Positions 49,499 to 57,968 of a DNA stretch of 64,000 bases are shown here, in pieces. The position numbers and the translations under genes were made by a program. This DNA comes from a virus. Below the pieces are notes generated by a model. The model was given only the letters and a program-made list of their open reading frames with translations, made no database searches and was not told where the DNA came from. Positions within the stretch are counted from its first letter, which is position 1, and each line of letters starts with the position of its first letter. Location of the stretch: IMG/VR virus record IMGVR_UViG_3300030012_005163, positions 96,001-160,000 of that record. One strand, given 5' to 3'.

Positions 49499-50347
49499 AT
49501 GGAAAAGAAATTTTTAACTAAAAATACTAAAGTAACCATTAAAGAAGAAGCAGCACCTAATGGATTAAAAACTTATGAAAAAGTTCATAAAGAAGATGGG
49601 ACAATAAATAATGATGCATTAAAGGCGATAGGTAAAAAGTTAGAAGATTATTATGGTGATGAATTAAAAGAATTGGATCCGGTATTAAAAGTGGACAGAG
49701 AACAAGATGCAACTGGTGATGTTAACGTATATGATGTAGAAGCATTGGGTACTGGAATGCAAGGATTAAAATATGATGACGAAGGTAGTGAGGTATTTAA
49801 AAAGTTTATGAAGAGAATGGATGATTTAAATGATACTTCGGAATATGATAAAGAGTTTGGCACTAAAGATGGTTTTGGTGAGACAGATGAAAAAGATGAT
49901 ACTTACGAAAAATTAGAAAAAGCATCTGATGAGTATAAAAAGAATAAATATGATGAACCTAATCCTGAAATTGCAACACGTAGACTAAGGGTTCAAACAG
50001 AATCAAAAAATGATAAAATGAAAAGATTAAATTTTAAAACAGAATTTTCTTCAGTAGAAGAAGTAAAAGAATTAATACCTGAAAATTATAAGGTTGAAAA
50101 CCACACTTTTTTAATGACAGATGGTAACCAAACATTTAAAATGAGATGGGATGAATCATTGAATGAGGCTACAGTATTAAATTTTAGAAATGAAAAATCT
50201 ATAAAGGAGAATGTAGAAAAGATGAAGAAATTATATGATTTCCAATATGGTGATGTTAACACAAAAACTAATGATTATACTGAAGAAACTAAAGTTTTTA
50301 AAAACTTAATGGAATCAGTTAAAGATAAAAACTTATTATCGGATTAA
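49499..50347 (+). CDS. hypothetical acidic protein (possible head-associated)
   Basis: 282 aa; KVTIKEEA leader. Confidence 0.6.
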   Translation: MEKKFLTKNTKVTIKEEAAPNGLKTYEKVHKEDGTINNDALKAIGKKLEDYYGDELKELDPVLKVDREQDATGDVNVYDVEALGTGMQGLKYDDEGSEVFKKFMKRMDDLNDTSEYDKEFGTKDGFGETDEKDDTYEKLEKASDEYKKNKYDEPNPEIATRRLRVQTESKNDKMKRLNFKTEFSSVEEVKELIPENYKVENHTFLMTDGNQTFKMRWDESLNEATVLNFRNEKSIKENVEKMKKLYDFQYGDVNTKTNDYTEETKVFKNLMESVKDKNLLSD

Positions 50348-50367
50348 CCACCCACAAACCACTAATT

Positions 50368-50393
50368 AAACCTCCATTTATGGGGGTTTTTTT
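50368..50393 (+). terminator. Rho-independent terminator
   Basis: aaacctcca/tgggggttt stem plus T-run. Confidence 0.75.
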
Positions 50394-50404
50394 ATGCTTT
50401 CATT

Positions 50405-50413
50405 ATATTTATA
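50405..50413 (+). promoter_or_regulatory. ATATTTATA putative late-promoter motif
   Basis: 4 nt before ATG 50418, just after a terminator. Confidence 0.55.
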
Positions 50414-50417
50414 TGTA

Positions 50418-51185
50418 ATGGAACTTAATTTTAAAAATATATTATTAGAATCAATTATTGATGAATTAGAAACTTTAACTAGAATGGATAAGGCAGTTCT
50501 TAAGTTTATTCACCAATCAATGGATAAAGAAAAATTTAACCATACAGTTGGTAAAAGTAGTTATGAGATGGAAGCAAGTGATGCATTAAGGATTAATGAT
50601 TTAATTGAGACTTTTGGGTTAAAGGATTATGATTATGTTTTTAAAATGTGGAATTTTTATAAAAAGTTTGGTGGTGTTTTATTTGATGAAGAAGCATTTG
50701 ATGACTTTTCATATAGTAAAGAAGATTATGATGAAACAACTGAAGTAATTCTTGCAAAATATTATTTAGATAATATTGTGGGTAGAGAAATATATCCTGG
50801 TTGGACTGTAGGATCTATGGAAAATGATCCTATTACTATGGTTGAAGAAGGATTATTAACTATGTTTGTAACTAATAGTGAGTTTGAACACATATTCCTC
50901 CCTATCGTAGATTTCAAAAGTGATTGGTTAAAAGGAGACTTAATGACTAATAATGAAAATGGTTTAGGTGTGTATTTTTCAGAGGATATTAAAGTGTCTA
51001 AATATAATGATATTATTGATGCAATTGAAATACCAAACCCAATAAGACGTTTAAATAATTTAAGTGATGAAAGTTTGGAAAAATATTTTGATTTCATTAT
51101 TGAACAATTACAGGATGAGATCGAACAGTGGGATGAAGATATCCGACACTACTACGAAAAAATTAAACCAGAAAGAGAAGGTTAA
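50418..51185 (+). CDS. hypothetical acidic protein
   Basis: Likely start MELNFKNILLESII at 50418. Confidence 0.65.
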   Translation: MELNFKNILLESIIDELETLTRMDKAVLKFIHQSMDKEKFNHTVGKSSYEMEASDALRINDLIETFGLKDYDYVFKMWNFYKKFGGVLFDEEAFDDFSYSKEDYDETTEVILAKYYLDNIVGREIYPGWTVGSMENDPITMVEEGLLTMFVTNSEFEHIFLPIVDFKSDWLKGDLMTNNENGLGVYFSEDIKVSKYNDIIDAIEIPNPIRRLNNLSDESLEKYFDFIIEQLQDEIEQWDEDIRHYYEKIKPEREG

Positions 51186-51222
51186 TTCGGATAAACCAAT
51201 AATAGAACAAAAAAATAGAAAT

Positions 51223-52059
51223 ATGTTATTAAAAAAAGGAAGTAAAGGTGATGATGTTAAAGAATTACAAAAATTATTAAATATCACTGTTGATGGTGAT
51301 TTCGGTCCTGCAACTGAACTAGCAGTAATGAGATTTCAAGCACAAAACGGTTTAAAAACTGATGGTATAGTCGGCCCTAAGACATGGAAAAAGATAGAAA
51401 GTAGAAATAACAGTATAGAAAAAAGTGATGGGTACGTATGGATATTAGATAATGGACATGGAGGTATAATAGACGGTGTATATCAGACACCTGGTAAACG
51501 ATCACCTAAGTGGGAGGATGGTACACAGTTATTTGAAGGAGAGTTCAATAGAGCGGTCGTAAATAGAATTATTAAGATGTGTGAAAAAGATGGTATTGAA
51601 TGTATTAATTTAGTTGATACAGAAAAAGATTTATCATTAAGATGGAGAACTGATAAAGCAAATGACATATACAGAGAAAGACAACAAAGTGATGGTAAGA
51701 AATGTATTTATGTTTCAGTACACGCTAATGGATTTAATAAAGAATCCGCACACGGTTGGTCAGTATATACAACTGTAGGTGAAACTAAATCTGATAAAAT
51801 TGCTCAAATATTACATGAAAAGGCAAAAGCAGAATTCCCAACACATAAAATGAGGGTAGATACAAGAGATGGAGACGCAGATAAAGAATCTAATTTTTGG
51901 GTTCTACGTAAAGTAGTTATGCCTTCCATATTATCAGAAAACTTCTTTATGACTAATAGAGAAGAAAGTAAACTACTTTTAAGTGAGGAGGGAAGAGATA
52001 GGATAGCTAAAATACACTACCAAATGATAAAAGAAGTAGAATCCAAAAAAATTATTTAA
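51223..52059 (+). CDS. Endolysin: PG-binding domain plus N-acetylmuramoyl-L-alanine amidase (Amidase_3)
   Basis: LKKGSKGDDVKELQKLL..DGDFGPATE..DGIVGPKTW; Zn/catalytic motifs LDNGHGG, EGEFN, SVHANG, LSENFFM; likely start MLLKKG at 51223. Confidence 0.9.
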   Translation: MLLKKGSKGDDVKELQKLLNITVDGDFGPATELAVMRFQAQNGLKTDGIVGPKTWKKIESRNNSIEKSDGYVWILDNGHGGIIDGVYQTPGKRSPKWEDGTQLFEGEFNRAVVNRIIKMCEKDGIECINLVDTEKDLSLRWRTDKANDIYRERQQSDGKKCIYVSVHANGFNKESAHGWSVYTTVGETKSDKIAQILHEKAKAEFPTHKMRVDTRDGDADKESNFWVLRKVVMPSILSENFFMTNREESKLLLSEEGRDRIAKIHYQMIKEVESKKII

Positions 52060-52105
52060 TAATAACTCTTTATTAGAGTAATAAGTGTTATTATATTAGT
52101 ATTAT

Positions 52106-52573
52106 ATGAATAGTGCAGAATTTATACATTACATTTCCAAACCTCTAACTATGGAGGAAATGACGTTATTATATAAAGCTAATAATATAAATTATGATAA
52201 ATGTAATTTATATTATGATTTTATATTAACTTTAAATCGTAAAATTAATAATACTTTTTTAGGTGATGATGTAATTAATTCAGAAAAAGATATTCATAGT
52301 CATTTTGATTGGTGTTTTGAAAATACGATTAAAAATTTTACCAAAGAAAGTATTATTTTAAAAGAAACTATGTTATTAAAAGAGTATTTTTTTAATTTTT
52401 ATGTAGAATTATTTTATAATACACCTAATAAAAAAGAAGTATTAGAAAAATTAGATAAGTTCCCCAATATGTCTTTTAAATACTATAGATTGAAAACGAG
52501 ATCAGATATGGATGTATTATTAGAATTATATCGTATTTTTGAAAAAAGTTTAGATTTTAAGTTAAAAATATAG
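52106..52573 (+). CDS. hypothetical protein
   Basis: 155-aa ORF on the coding strand. Confidence 0.65.
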   Translation: MNSAEFIHYISKPLTMEEMTLLYKANNINYDKCNLYYDFILTLNRKINNTFLGDDVINSEKDIHSHFDWCFENTIKNFTKESIILKETMLLKEYFFNFYVELFYNTPNKKEVLEKLDKFPNMSFKYYRLKTRSDMDVLLELYRIFEKSLDFKLKI

Positions 52574-52618
52574 ATTATAGTATTTATTTTATAAGAAAAT
52601 AGTTTTATAGTTACATAT

Positions 52619-52867
52619 ATGAATAACAAAATTAAGTTTTTAGAAATAGTTTTATCAGATTTAATATCTGAAAGAGATACGTTAGAATTAGATTTAAATT
52701 ACACTTTAAATAATTTATCTGTTGAAGCCAGAAAAAGAAAAGAAAAGTTTGTTAAAATTTTAGAATCTATAGTAAACGTAAATAATAAAATAAACACTCT
52801 AACGGAATATTTGGCACAAATAACTGCAACCAATAATATGACGGAAAGTGTAAATGAAGAAAAATAA
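52619..52867 (+). CDS. hypothetical coiled-coil protein
   Basis: 82-aa ORF. Confidence 0.6.
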   Translation: MNNKIKFLEIVLSDLISERDTLELDLNYTLNNLSVEARKRKEKFVKILESIVNVNNKINTLTEYLAQITATNNMTESVNEEK

Positions 52868-52888
52868 CAAAAATTAAAATCAAAAAAA

Positions 52889-53077
52889 ATGAAAAATTTT
52901 GAAACATTAAAATCATTAGTTGCAAACTTAGAAGAAGATGCAGTAAAATTTTATGAAAAAAACAATAAAGCTGCAGGTACAAGAGTAAGAAAAGGGTGTC
53001 AAGATATTAAAAATCTTTGTCAAACTATTAGAGTAGAAGTATCTGAATTAAAAAAGGCTGATACTGTGACAGTATAA
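52889..53077 (+). CDS. Hc1 / bacterial 'histone H1'-like nucleoid protein
   Basis: LEEDAVKFYEKNNKAAGTRVRKGCQDIK..CQTIRVEV pattern. Confidence 0.8.
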   Translation: MKNFETLKSLVANLEEDAVKFYEKNNKAAGTRVRKGCQDIKNLCQTIRVEVSELKKADTVTV

Positions 53078-53084
53078 TAAAAAA

Positions 53085-53288
53085 ATGATTATGATGGTAG
53101 ACATTCTTAATAAAGTATTTTTGTTTTTATTAATTCTTTCTATTTTAAATGTAATACGTAATACATTTTTTCTAATAAGAAGTTATGTAGATAAAGAAAG
53201 ATTTAAATTAGGTAAACCTTCTTTGTTAATTTTAGGAATGTCTATCTCTTATATTATTTTAACCTTAATTGAGGGTATAAAAATTTAA
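53085..53288 (+). CDS. small 2-TM membrane protein
   Basis: Two hydrophobic helices. Confidence 0.6.
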   Translation: MIMMVDILNKVFLFLLILSILNVIRNTFFLIRSYVDKERFKLGKPSLLILGMSISYIILTLIEGIKI

Positions 53289-53289
53289 A

Positions 53290-53766
53290 ATGATACAAGA
53301 AAAATTAAATAGTTTAAGACCATATGTAACAGGTTTAAGATTCGTTAAAGATTTACCTGTTGTAGATTTAGTTTTAAAAGAAGGGTGGAATATGTTTGAA
53401 TCGGATAATGTATCTTATAAACCCAGTAGTAATAATAAAAATTATTTTATGGTTTTTCCTAAAGATCCTAAAGATTCTATAGACGAAGTGGTGACACATG
53501 TAGAAAACGTTATAGAGATTAACGTTGAAAAAGAAAATAAATTAGTTTTACTTAAAGCTAAAATTGAAGAACTTAAAAGATTATTTACAGATAAAAGTTT
53601 AAAAGATTTAGAAAGACTTAAATTTGTTTTTCCGGATATTGATGAACCATCTTTATCGGATATAAATATTTCTTCTGTAAGTAGACATGTTAGTAAAGAA
53701 GGTAAAAATGTGGAATTACCACCCAAACCTAATAAAGAAAAGGTTTTAGAAAAAGAGGAAAATTAA
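53290..53766 (+). CDS. hypothetical protein
   Basis: 158-aa ORF. Confidence 0.65.
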   Translation: MIQEKLNSLRPYVTGLRFVKDLPVVDLVLKEGWNMFESDNVSYKPSSNNKNYFMVFPKDPKDSIDEVVTHVENVIEINVEKENKLVLLKAKIEELKRLFTDKSLKDLERLKFVFPDIDEPSLSDINISSVSRHVSKEGKNVELPPKPNKEKVLEKEEN

Positions 53767-53777
53767 TTCCTCTTTTT

Positions 53778-54098
53778 TTATGCCTCAAAGTATTCTTGAA
53801 AGGTATGTATTAACCAAGTGGTTCCAGATAAAAGACAACTATCTAAAAATATAGCAATAAAAAAATTATCTAAACCGTAATGTGTTAGGGGTGAAAATTG
53901 AGTATAACCCAATAATTGAGTACTAGTAGATAAAAATGCACCTACCCAAAAAGGTAAACACATCATACAACTAAATAACTTACCCCAAAAATCTGGAGAG
54001 TATAAATTTAATTTATCTCTTAACCCTTCGAAGATACTTCCATATACTATTATGTTACATATTCCATAACATACCAAAATAGTTAAAATAATACTCAT
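53778..54098 (-). CDS. small membrane protein (DUF1360-like)
   Basis: Hydrophobic, LFSCMMCLPFWVG CxxC motif. Confidence 0.6.
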   Translation of the reverse strand: MSIILTILVCYGICNIIVYGSIFEGLRDKLNLYSPDFWGKLFSCMMCLPFWVGAFLSTSTQLLGYTQFSPLTHYGLDNFFIAIFLDSCLLSGTTWLIHTFQEYFEA

Positions 54099-54145
54099 TT
54101 TTTTATGTTTTTTATACTATTTATTATATAGTAAATATAGTAAAA

Positions 54146-54571
54146 ATGAGATTAATAGTCAATGATAAACAATATAAACGTTTAATAGAACAACAAAATA
54201 AAGAAAACAACTTTGTTAATGGTTGGGGATTATTGATTAAAGATACTATATTAAAAAGATTAGAAAATAAAACTTTAAGTGAAAATATTATTTCACTAAA
54301 TAAATTAAATATTAAATTAGGTAATAAAAAGTTTTTTAATGAATTACCTATTGATAATCTAATATTAAATATTTATAATGAAAGTATTGATGATTTTCAG
54401 AGTGAGTGGGATGAGGAAGAAACTTATTTATGTGAATCTAAACATATAAAAAATGTAGTTTTAGATATTACAATAAATGGAGAAAAAGAATTAAATGAAA
54501 CTATTAATGAAAATTATATTAAAATAAATTTGTTAAAAATAAAAAAATGGTATGAAAATAAAAATAACTGA
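54146..54571 (+). CDS. hypothetical protein (possible head-associated)
   Basis: MRLIVNDKQYKRLIEQ leader. Confidence 0.6.
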   Translation: MRLIVNDKQYKRLIEQQNKENNFVNGWGLLIKDTILKRLENKTLSENIISLNKLNIKLGNKKFFNELPIDNLILNIYNESIDDFQSEWDEEETYLCESKHIKNVVLDITINGEKELNETINENYIKINLLKIKKWYENKNN

Positions 54572-55574
54572 ACAACAATTAATAAAGATTAAAGAAGATA
54601 GTGAGTCTTCTGAAACTTTAACTACTTTGGCAAATTTAACTTCTACTGCAGATAAATGGCAAGAGGATTTAGATGGTAAATATTTACGTAGATTTAGAAA
54701 AAACAATAAAGAACATGTTAAAAGAATTCAAACAATGTTAACTCTATTGGGTTATGATGTAGGGCACTATGGTGATGGTGAACCGGTTATAGACGGTATA
54801 TATGGACCTGACACTGCAGAGGCAGTTAGAAAATTTCAAAAAGACACTTTTATTGAACCCATTGAGTGGGATAGTATAGTAGGACCTAAAACCTATACTG
54901 AATTATATGTTGATATAGAAGAATTAGGAGATGAACATGCTATGTCAGTAGAAGAGATTTTATTATTAGGTTTGGACGATGAAAATATTATGGGTGATGA
55001 AGATGATCCACATTATGGTGATGACGAAGAAGAGGAAGAAGGTGAAGGAGAGGAAGAAGAATTAAATTGGGATGAAGTTGGTGCTGGTGACTATGAAATA
55101 AGTGATGAAGTAAGTAAGTTAGGAAAAGAAGTTGTGGATAAAGCATCGGAAAGACTAGGTGAACCTTATAAGTGGGGTGGTAAATTTGATGGTGTAGGTG
55201 GTGATTGTAGTGGATTAGTAGATTGGACATTTAGACATGTTGATGGTGTTGATTCACCGGGAAGAGATACTACTTCTACATTAAAAAGAGAAGAAGGTTT
55301 CAGAGCGGGAAAAGATAACTATAACGAAGTAAAACCAGGCGATATTTTATTATTTGATGGTAAAAAAGCGAGACATACTGGAATTGTATCTGATGTAAAT
55401 GGTGACACAATTAGTATGATTCATTCTGCAGGTACTGGTTGGGATAAGGGTACTAAAAGAGGAGTACAAATAACTAAAGATACATTTAATGGTTATAAGT
55501 ATTTTAGAAATAATTATTTAGGTTACGTCCCTTTAGAGTATTTTATGGTTGACAAAGGAGATGTAATGGCTTAA
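54552..55574 (+). CDS. PG-binding plus NlpC/P60 cell-wall hydrolase
   Basis: VKRIQTML..IDGIYGPDTAEAVRKFQ; GEPYKWGG, DCSGLV, PGDILLF, RHTGI, MIHSAG (Cys-His-His); acidic linker. Confidence 0.85.
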   Translation: MKIKITEQQLIKIKEDSESSETLTTLANLTSTADKWQEDLDGKYLRRFRKNNKEHVKRIQTMLTLLGYDVGHYGDGEPVIDGIYGPDTAEAVRKFQKDTFIEPIEWDSIVGPKTYTELYVDIEELGDEHAMSVEEILLLGLDDENIMGDEDDPHYGDDEEEEEGEGEEEELNWDEVGAGDYEISDEVSKLGKEVVDKASERLGEPYKWGGKFDGVGGDCSGLVDWTFRHVDGVDSPGRDTTSTLKREEGFRAGKDNYNEVKPGDILLFDGKKARHTGIVSDVNGDTISMIHSAGTGWDKGTKRGVQITKDTFNGYKYFRNNYLGYVPLEYFMVDKGDVMA

Positions 55575-55584
55575 ATTTAATTAT

Positions 55585-55962
55585 ATGAACAAGTACGGAG
55601 GAGTTTTATTAATTTGTGAGAAAACAAATAATTTTTTATTATTAAAAAGATCTAAAGAATCTAGTTACCCCAAAACGTGGTCTATAGTTTCTGGAGGTAT
55701 AGAAAAAGGTGAAAAACCTTTAGAGGGTATCAAAAGAGAATTAGAAGAAGAAACTGGTATTAATGATAAAAATATAAGGTACGAATTTTTTGAACATCAA
55801 AATCAGTTAATTCCTTATTTTGACTTCTACATTGGATATTGTGATGAAGAATTTGTTTGTAAGTTAGATAATGAAAATACTGATTGTGGTTGGTTTAACT
55901 TAGAAAATTTACCCAAACCATTATTTCCTACCCTTTATTCTTCACTAGTTAGAATTATTTAA
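55585..55962 (+). CDS. Nudix hydrolase
   Basis: Complete Nudix box GGIEKGEKPLEGIKRELEEETGI. Confidence 0.9.
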   Translation: MNKYGGVLLICEKTNNFLLLKRSKESSYPKTWSIVSGGIEKGEKPLEGIKRELEEETGINDKNIRYEFFEHQNQLIPYFDFYIGYCDEEFVCKLDNENTDCGWFNLENLPKPLFPTLYSSLVRII

Positions 55963-55975
55963 TTATAATTGTAAT

Positions 55976-56167
55976 ATGGATGAAATAGAAAGAGAAAGAT
56001 TCAACATAGAAATGGATCGTGAAAAAACTCAACTTAAAAAAGAACAATTTATTCGTGAAATTAAAAATGGGTTAGGTGAACACATTAAAAAAAATGGTAA
56101 TAAAGTTAAAAAAATTAAAAGAAGTAAATGGGAAAACTTCTGGACACGAATAAAAAATATATTTTAA
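55976..56167 (+). CDS. small hypothetical protein
   Basis: 63-aa ORF. Confidence 0.6.
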   Translation: MDEIERERFNIEMDREKTQLKKEQFIREIKNGLGEHIKKNGNKVKKIKRSKWENFWTRIKNIF

Positions 56168-56168
56168 A

Positions 56169-56390
56169 ATGGACTTAGAAAAAGTTTTAGAGATAGCAAA
56201 CGAATGTGTAAGTAATGAAGTAATTCCTACAGAAGGGTTAACTTTAACTTATTTTTTAGAAAGAAAATTACATAGACATTTAGATGAAGAGTTATTTTAT
56301 AAAACTAATAATAATAATAGTTCATTTAGTCATAATGAAGAAATAGAAGTTAATATTGCAGGTATAACTTTTATATTTAAACAGAAATAA
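56169..56390 (+). CDS. small hypothetical protein
   Basis: 73-aa ORF. Confidence 0.6.
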   Translation: MDLEKVLEIANECVSNEVIPTEGLTLTYFLERKLHRHLDEELFYKTNNNNSSFSHNEEIEVNIAGITFIFKQK

Positions 56391-56432
56391 TTTTACATTG
56401 TCATTTTTTTTAATTAAGTTTAAAAAAAAGCT

Positions 56433-57194
56433 ATGGAAAATTTGAATCAAATAACTTATAATCAATATTCTATCAAAATAGGTAAAAATTGTGATATTGC
56501 AGATGATGTCATTATCGGTAAAAACCCCAAAATAGGTAATAATGTTAGAATCTGTTCGGGAACTATCATAGGGGATAATGTTAAAATTTATGATGGTGCA
56601 ATAATTGGATCTGACCCACAAGATTTAGTCTATGAAAATGATATACTCACTCAAACTATCATAGGAGATAATGTAACGATAAGAGAATATGTAACAATAA
56701 ATAGAGGTAGTGAGAGAACTTTAAAAACAGTGGTTGGTGATAATTGTTATCTAATGTCGTATTCACACGTATCACATGACACTATCTTAGGTGATAATGT
56801 AATTTTAGCTAATTCAGTTCAAATAGGAGGTAATAGTGTTATTGAGGATTTTGTGTTTATGGGTGGTGGTGCCGTTCTACATCAAAAAGGAAGAATTGGT
56901 AAACATGCAATGATAGGTGGTGGGTCCGTTTTAAATAAAGATGTTTTACCATTCTCAACAATTTTGGGGGTTAACACTACATTAATAGGTGTTAATATAG
57001 TAGGAATTAAAAAGAACTATGATAAAGAAAAAATAAATAATATTCAAAACATATTTAATAAACTTAAAGAAGAAGGTTTATTTAGTAATAAAATTAAGTA
57101 TATAGAATCATTGAGTACTGAAGAATCACAAATTATATGTGATTTTGTTAAAAACAATAAAAGACCTTTATTATTATGGGAGAAAAAATATTAA
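56433..57194 (+). CDS. lpxA: LpxA-like acyl-ACP:UDP-N-acetylglucosamine O-acyltransferase
   Basis: Hexapeptide left-handed beta-helix; IGSDPQDL, TIREYVTINRGS, MSYSHVSHD, HQKGRIG, MIGGGS, DVLPF, GVNIVG plus helical C-terminal domain. Confidence 0.8.
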   Translation: MENLNQITYNQYSIKIGKNCDIADDVIIGKNPKIGNNVRICSGTIIGDNVKIYDGAIIGSDPQDLVYENDILTQTIIGDNVTIREYVTINRGSERTLKTVVGDNCYLMSYSHVSHDTILGDNVILANSVQIGGNSVIEDFVFMGGGAVLHQKGRIGKHAMIGGGSVLNKDVLPFSTILGVNTTLIGVNIVGIKKNYDKEKINNIQNIFNKLKEEGLFSNKIKYIESLSTEESQIICDFVKNNKRPLLLWEKKY

Positions 57195-57967
57195 GTATTT
57201 GTATACCATCGTTGTTTCCTAGAAAAAAACAACTTAATAAATTATTATTAGATTTAGAAAAACAAATTAAAATTAATAATTTAGAAGAAATGGTAGAAAT
57301 ACTAGTGTGTGTTGATAATGGAGAAATTACTTTAGGTGAAAAAAGTAATAAACTTGTGAATAAAGCGGTAGGGAATTATATTACAGGAATAGGGGATGAT
57401 GATATTGTAAAACCTACATATGTAAAAGATATATATGATATTGCCAAAAATAAAAAGTATGATCAAATAACATTTATAAAAGAATGTGTTGAGGGTAAAA
57501 AAATTATCCCTATGGAGTTTTCTAAAAAATATAAAAATTATATTATATTTTTACCTTTTAATATAGAAATACATTCTTTAAAATTTTTAAGTAATGAAAG
57601 TGATAAATTAATAGTGTATAGAAATAAAAGAATCTTATTTGAAAATAATTTAGTAGTAGGTTTAGTTTTTATTATTTTTAAAAAGTTTATTAAAAAAATA
57701 GCGTGTTACAGTTGGCCCACAATGGTAGTAAAAAAAGATATAGTGGATAAAGTTAAGTTTACCGACTTAAAAAGTGGGCAAGATATGGAATGGGCAATAA
57801 ATTTATCTAAAAAAAAATTAATAAAAAAAGAATATAATATAAATAAACCTTTATATGTGTACAAGTTTAATAAGAAAAAATCTAGTAGATTTAACAACAC
57901 TAATATAATTACTGATATTAACCATACAATAAAACCAGTAGATAAAAAAATAGTAAAATTTATATAA
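57176..57967 (+). CDS. Family 2 (GT-A) glycosyltransferase
   Basis: LSICIPSL, VCVDNG, GEKSNKLVNKAVGNYITGIGDDDIV (DxD region), GQDMEWA; overlaps lpxA by 19 nt. Confidence 0.8.
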   Translation: MGEKILSICIPSLFPRKKQLNKLLLDLEKQIKINNLEEMVEILVCVDNGEITLGEKSNKLVNKAVGNYITGIGDDDIVKPTYVKDIYDIAKNKKYDQITFIKECVEGKKIIPMEFSKKYKNYIIFLPFNIEIHSLKFLSNESDKLIVYRNKRILFENNLVVGLVFIIFKKFIKKIACYSWPTMVVKKDIVDKVKFTDLKSGQDMEWAINLSKKKLIKKEYNINKPLYVYKFNKKKSSRFNNTNIITDINHTIKPVDKKIVKFI

Positions 57968-57968
57968 A

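Noticed and set aside
16873-51222. Longer starts given by the ORF track (16873, 38386, 38415, 43238, 47205, 48260, 50394, 51064)
   Set aside because: They overlap upstream genes, terminators or promoter motifs; downstream ATGs with TAATG coupling or A-rich leaders fit better
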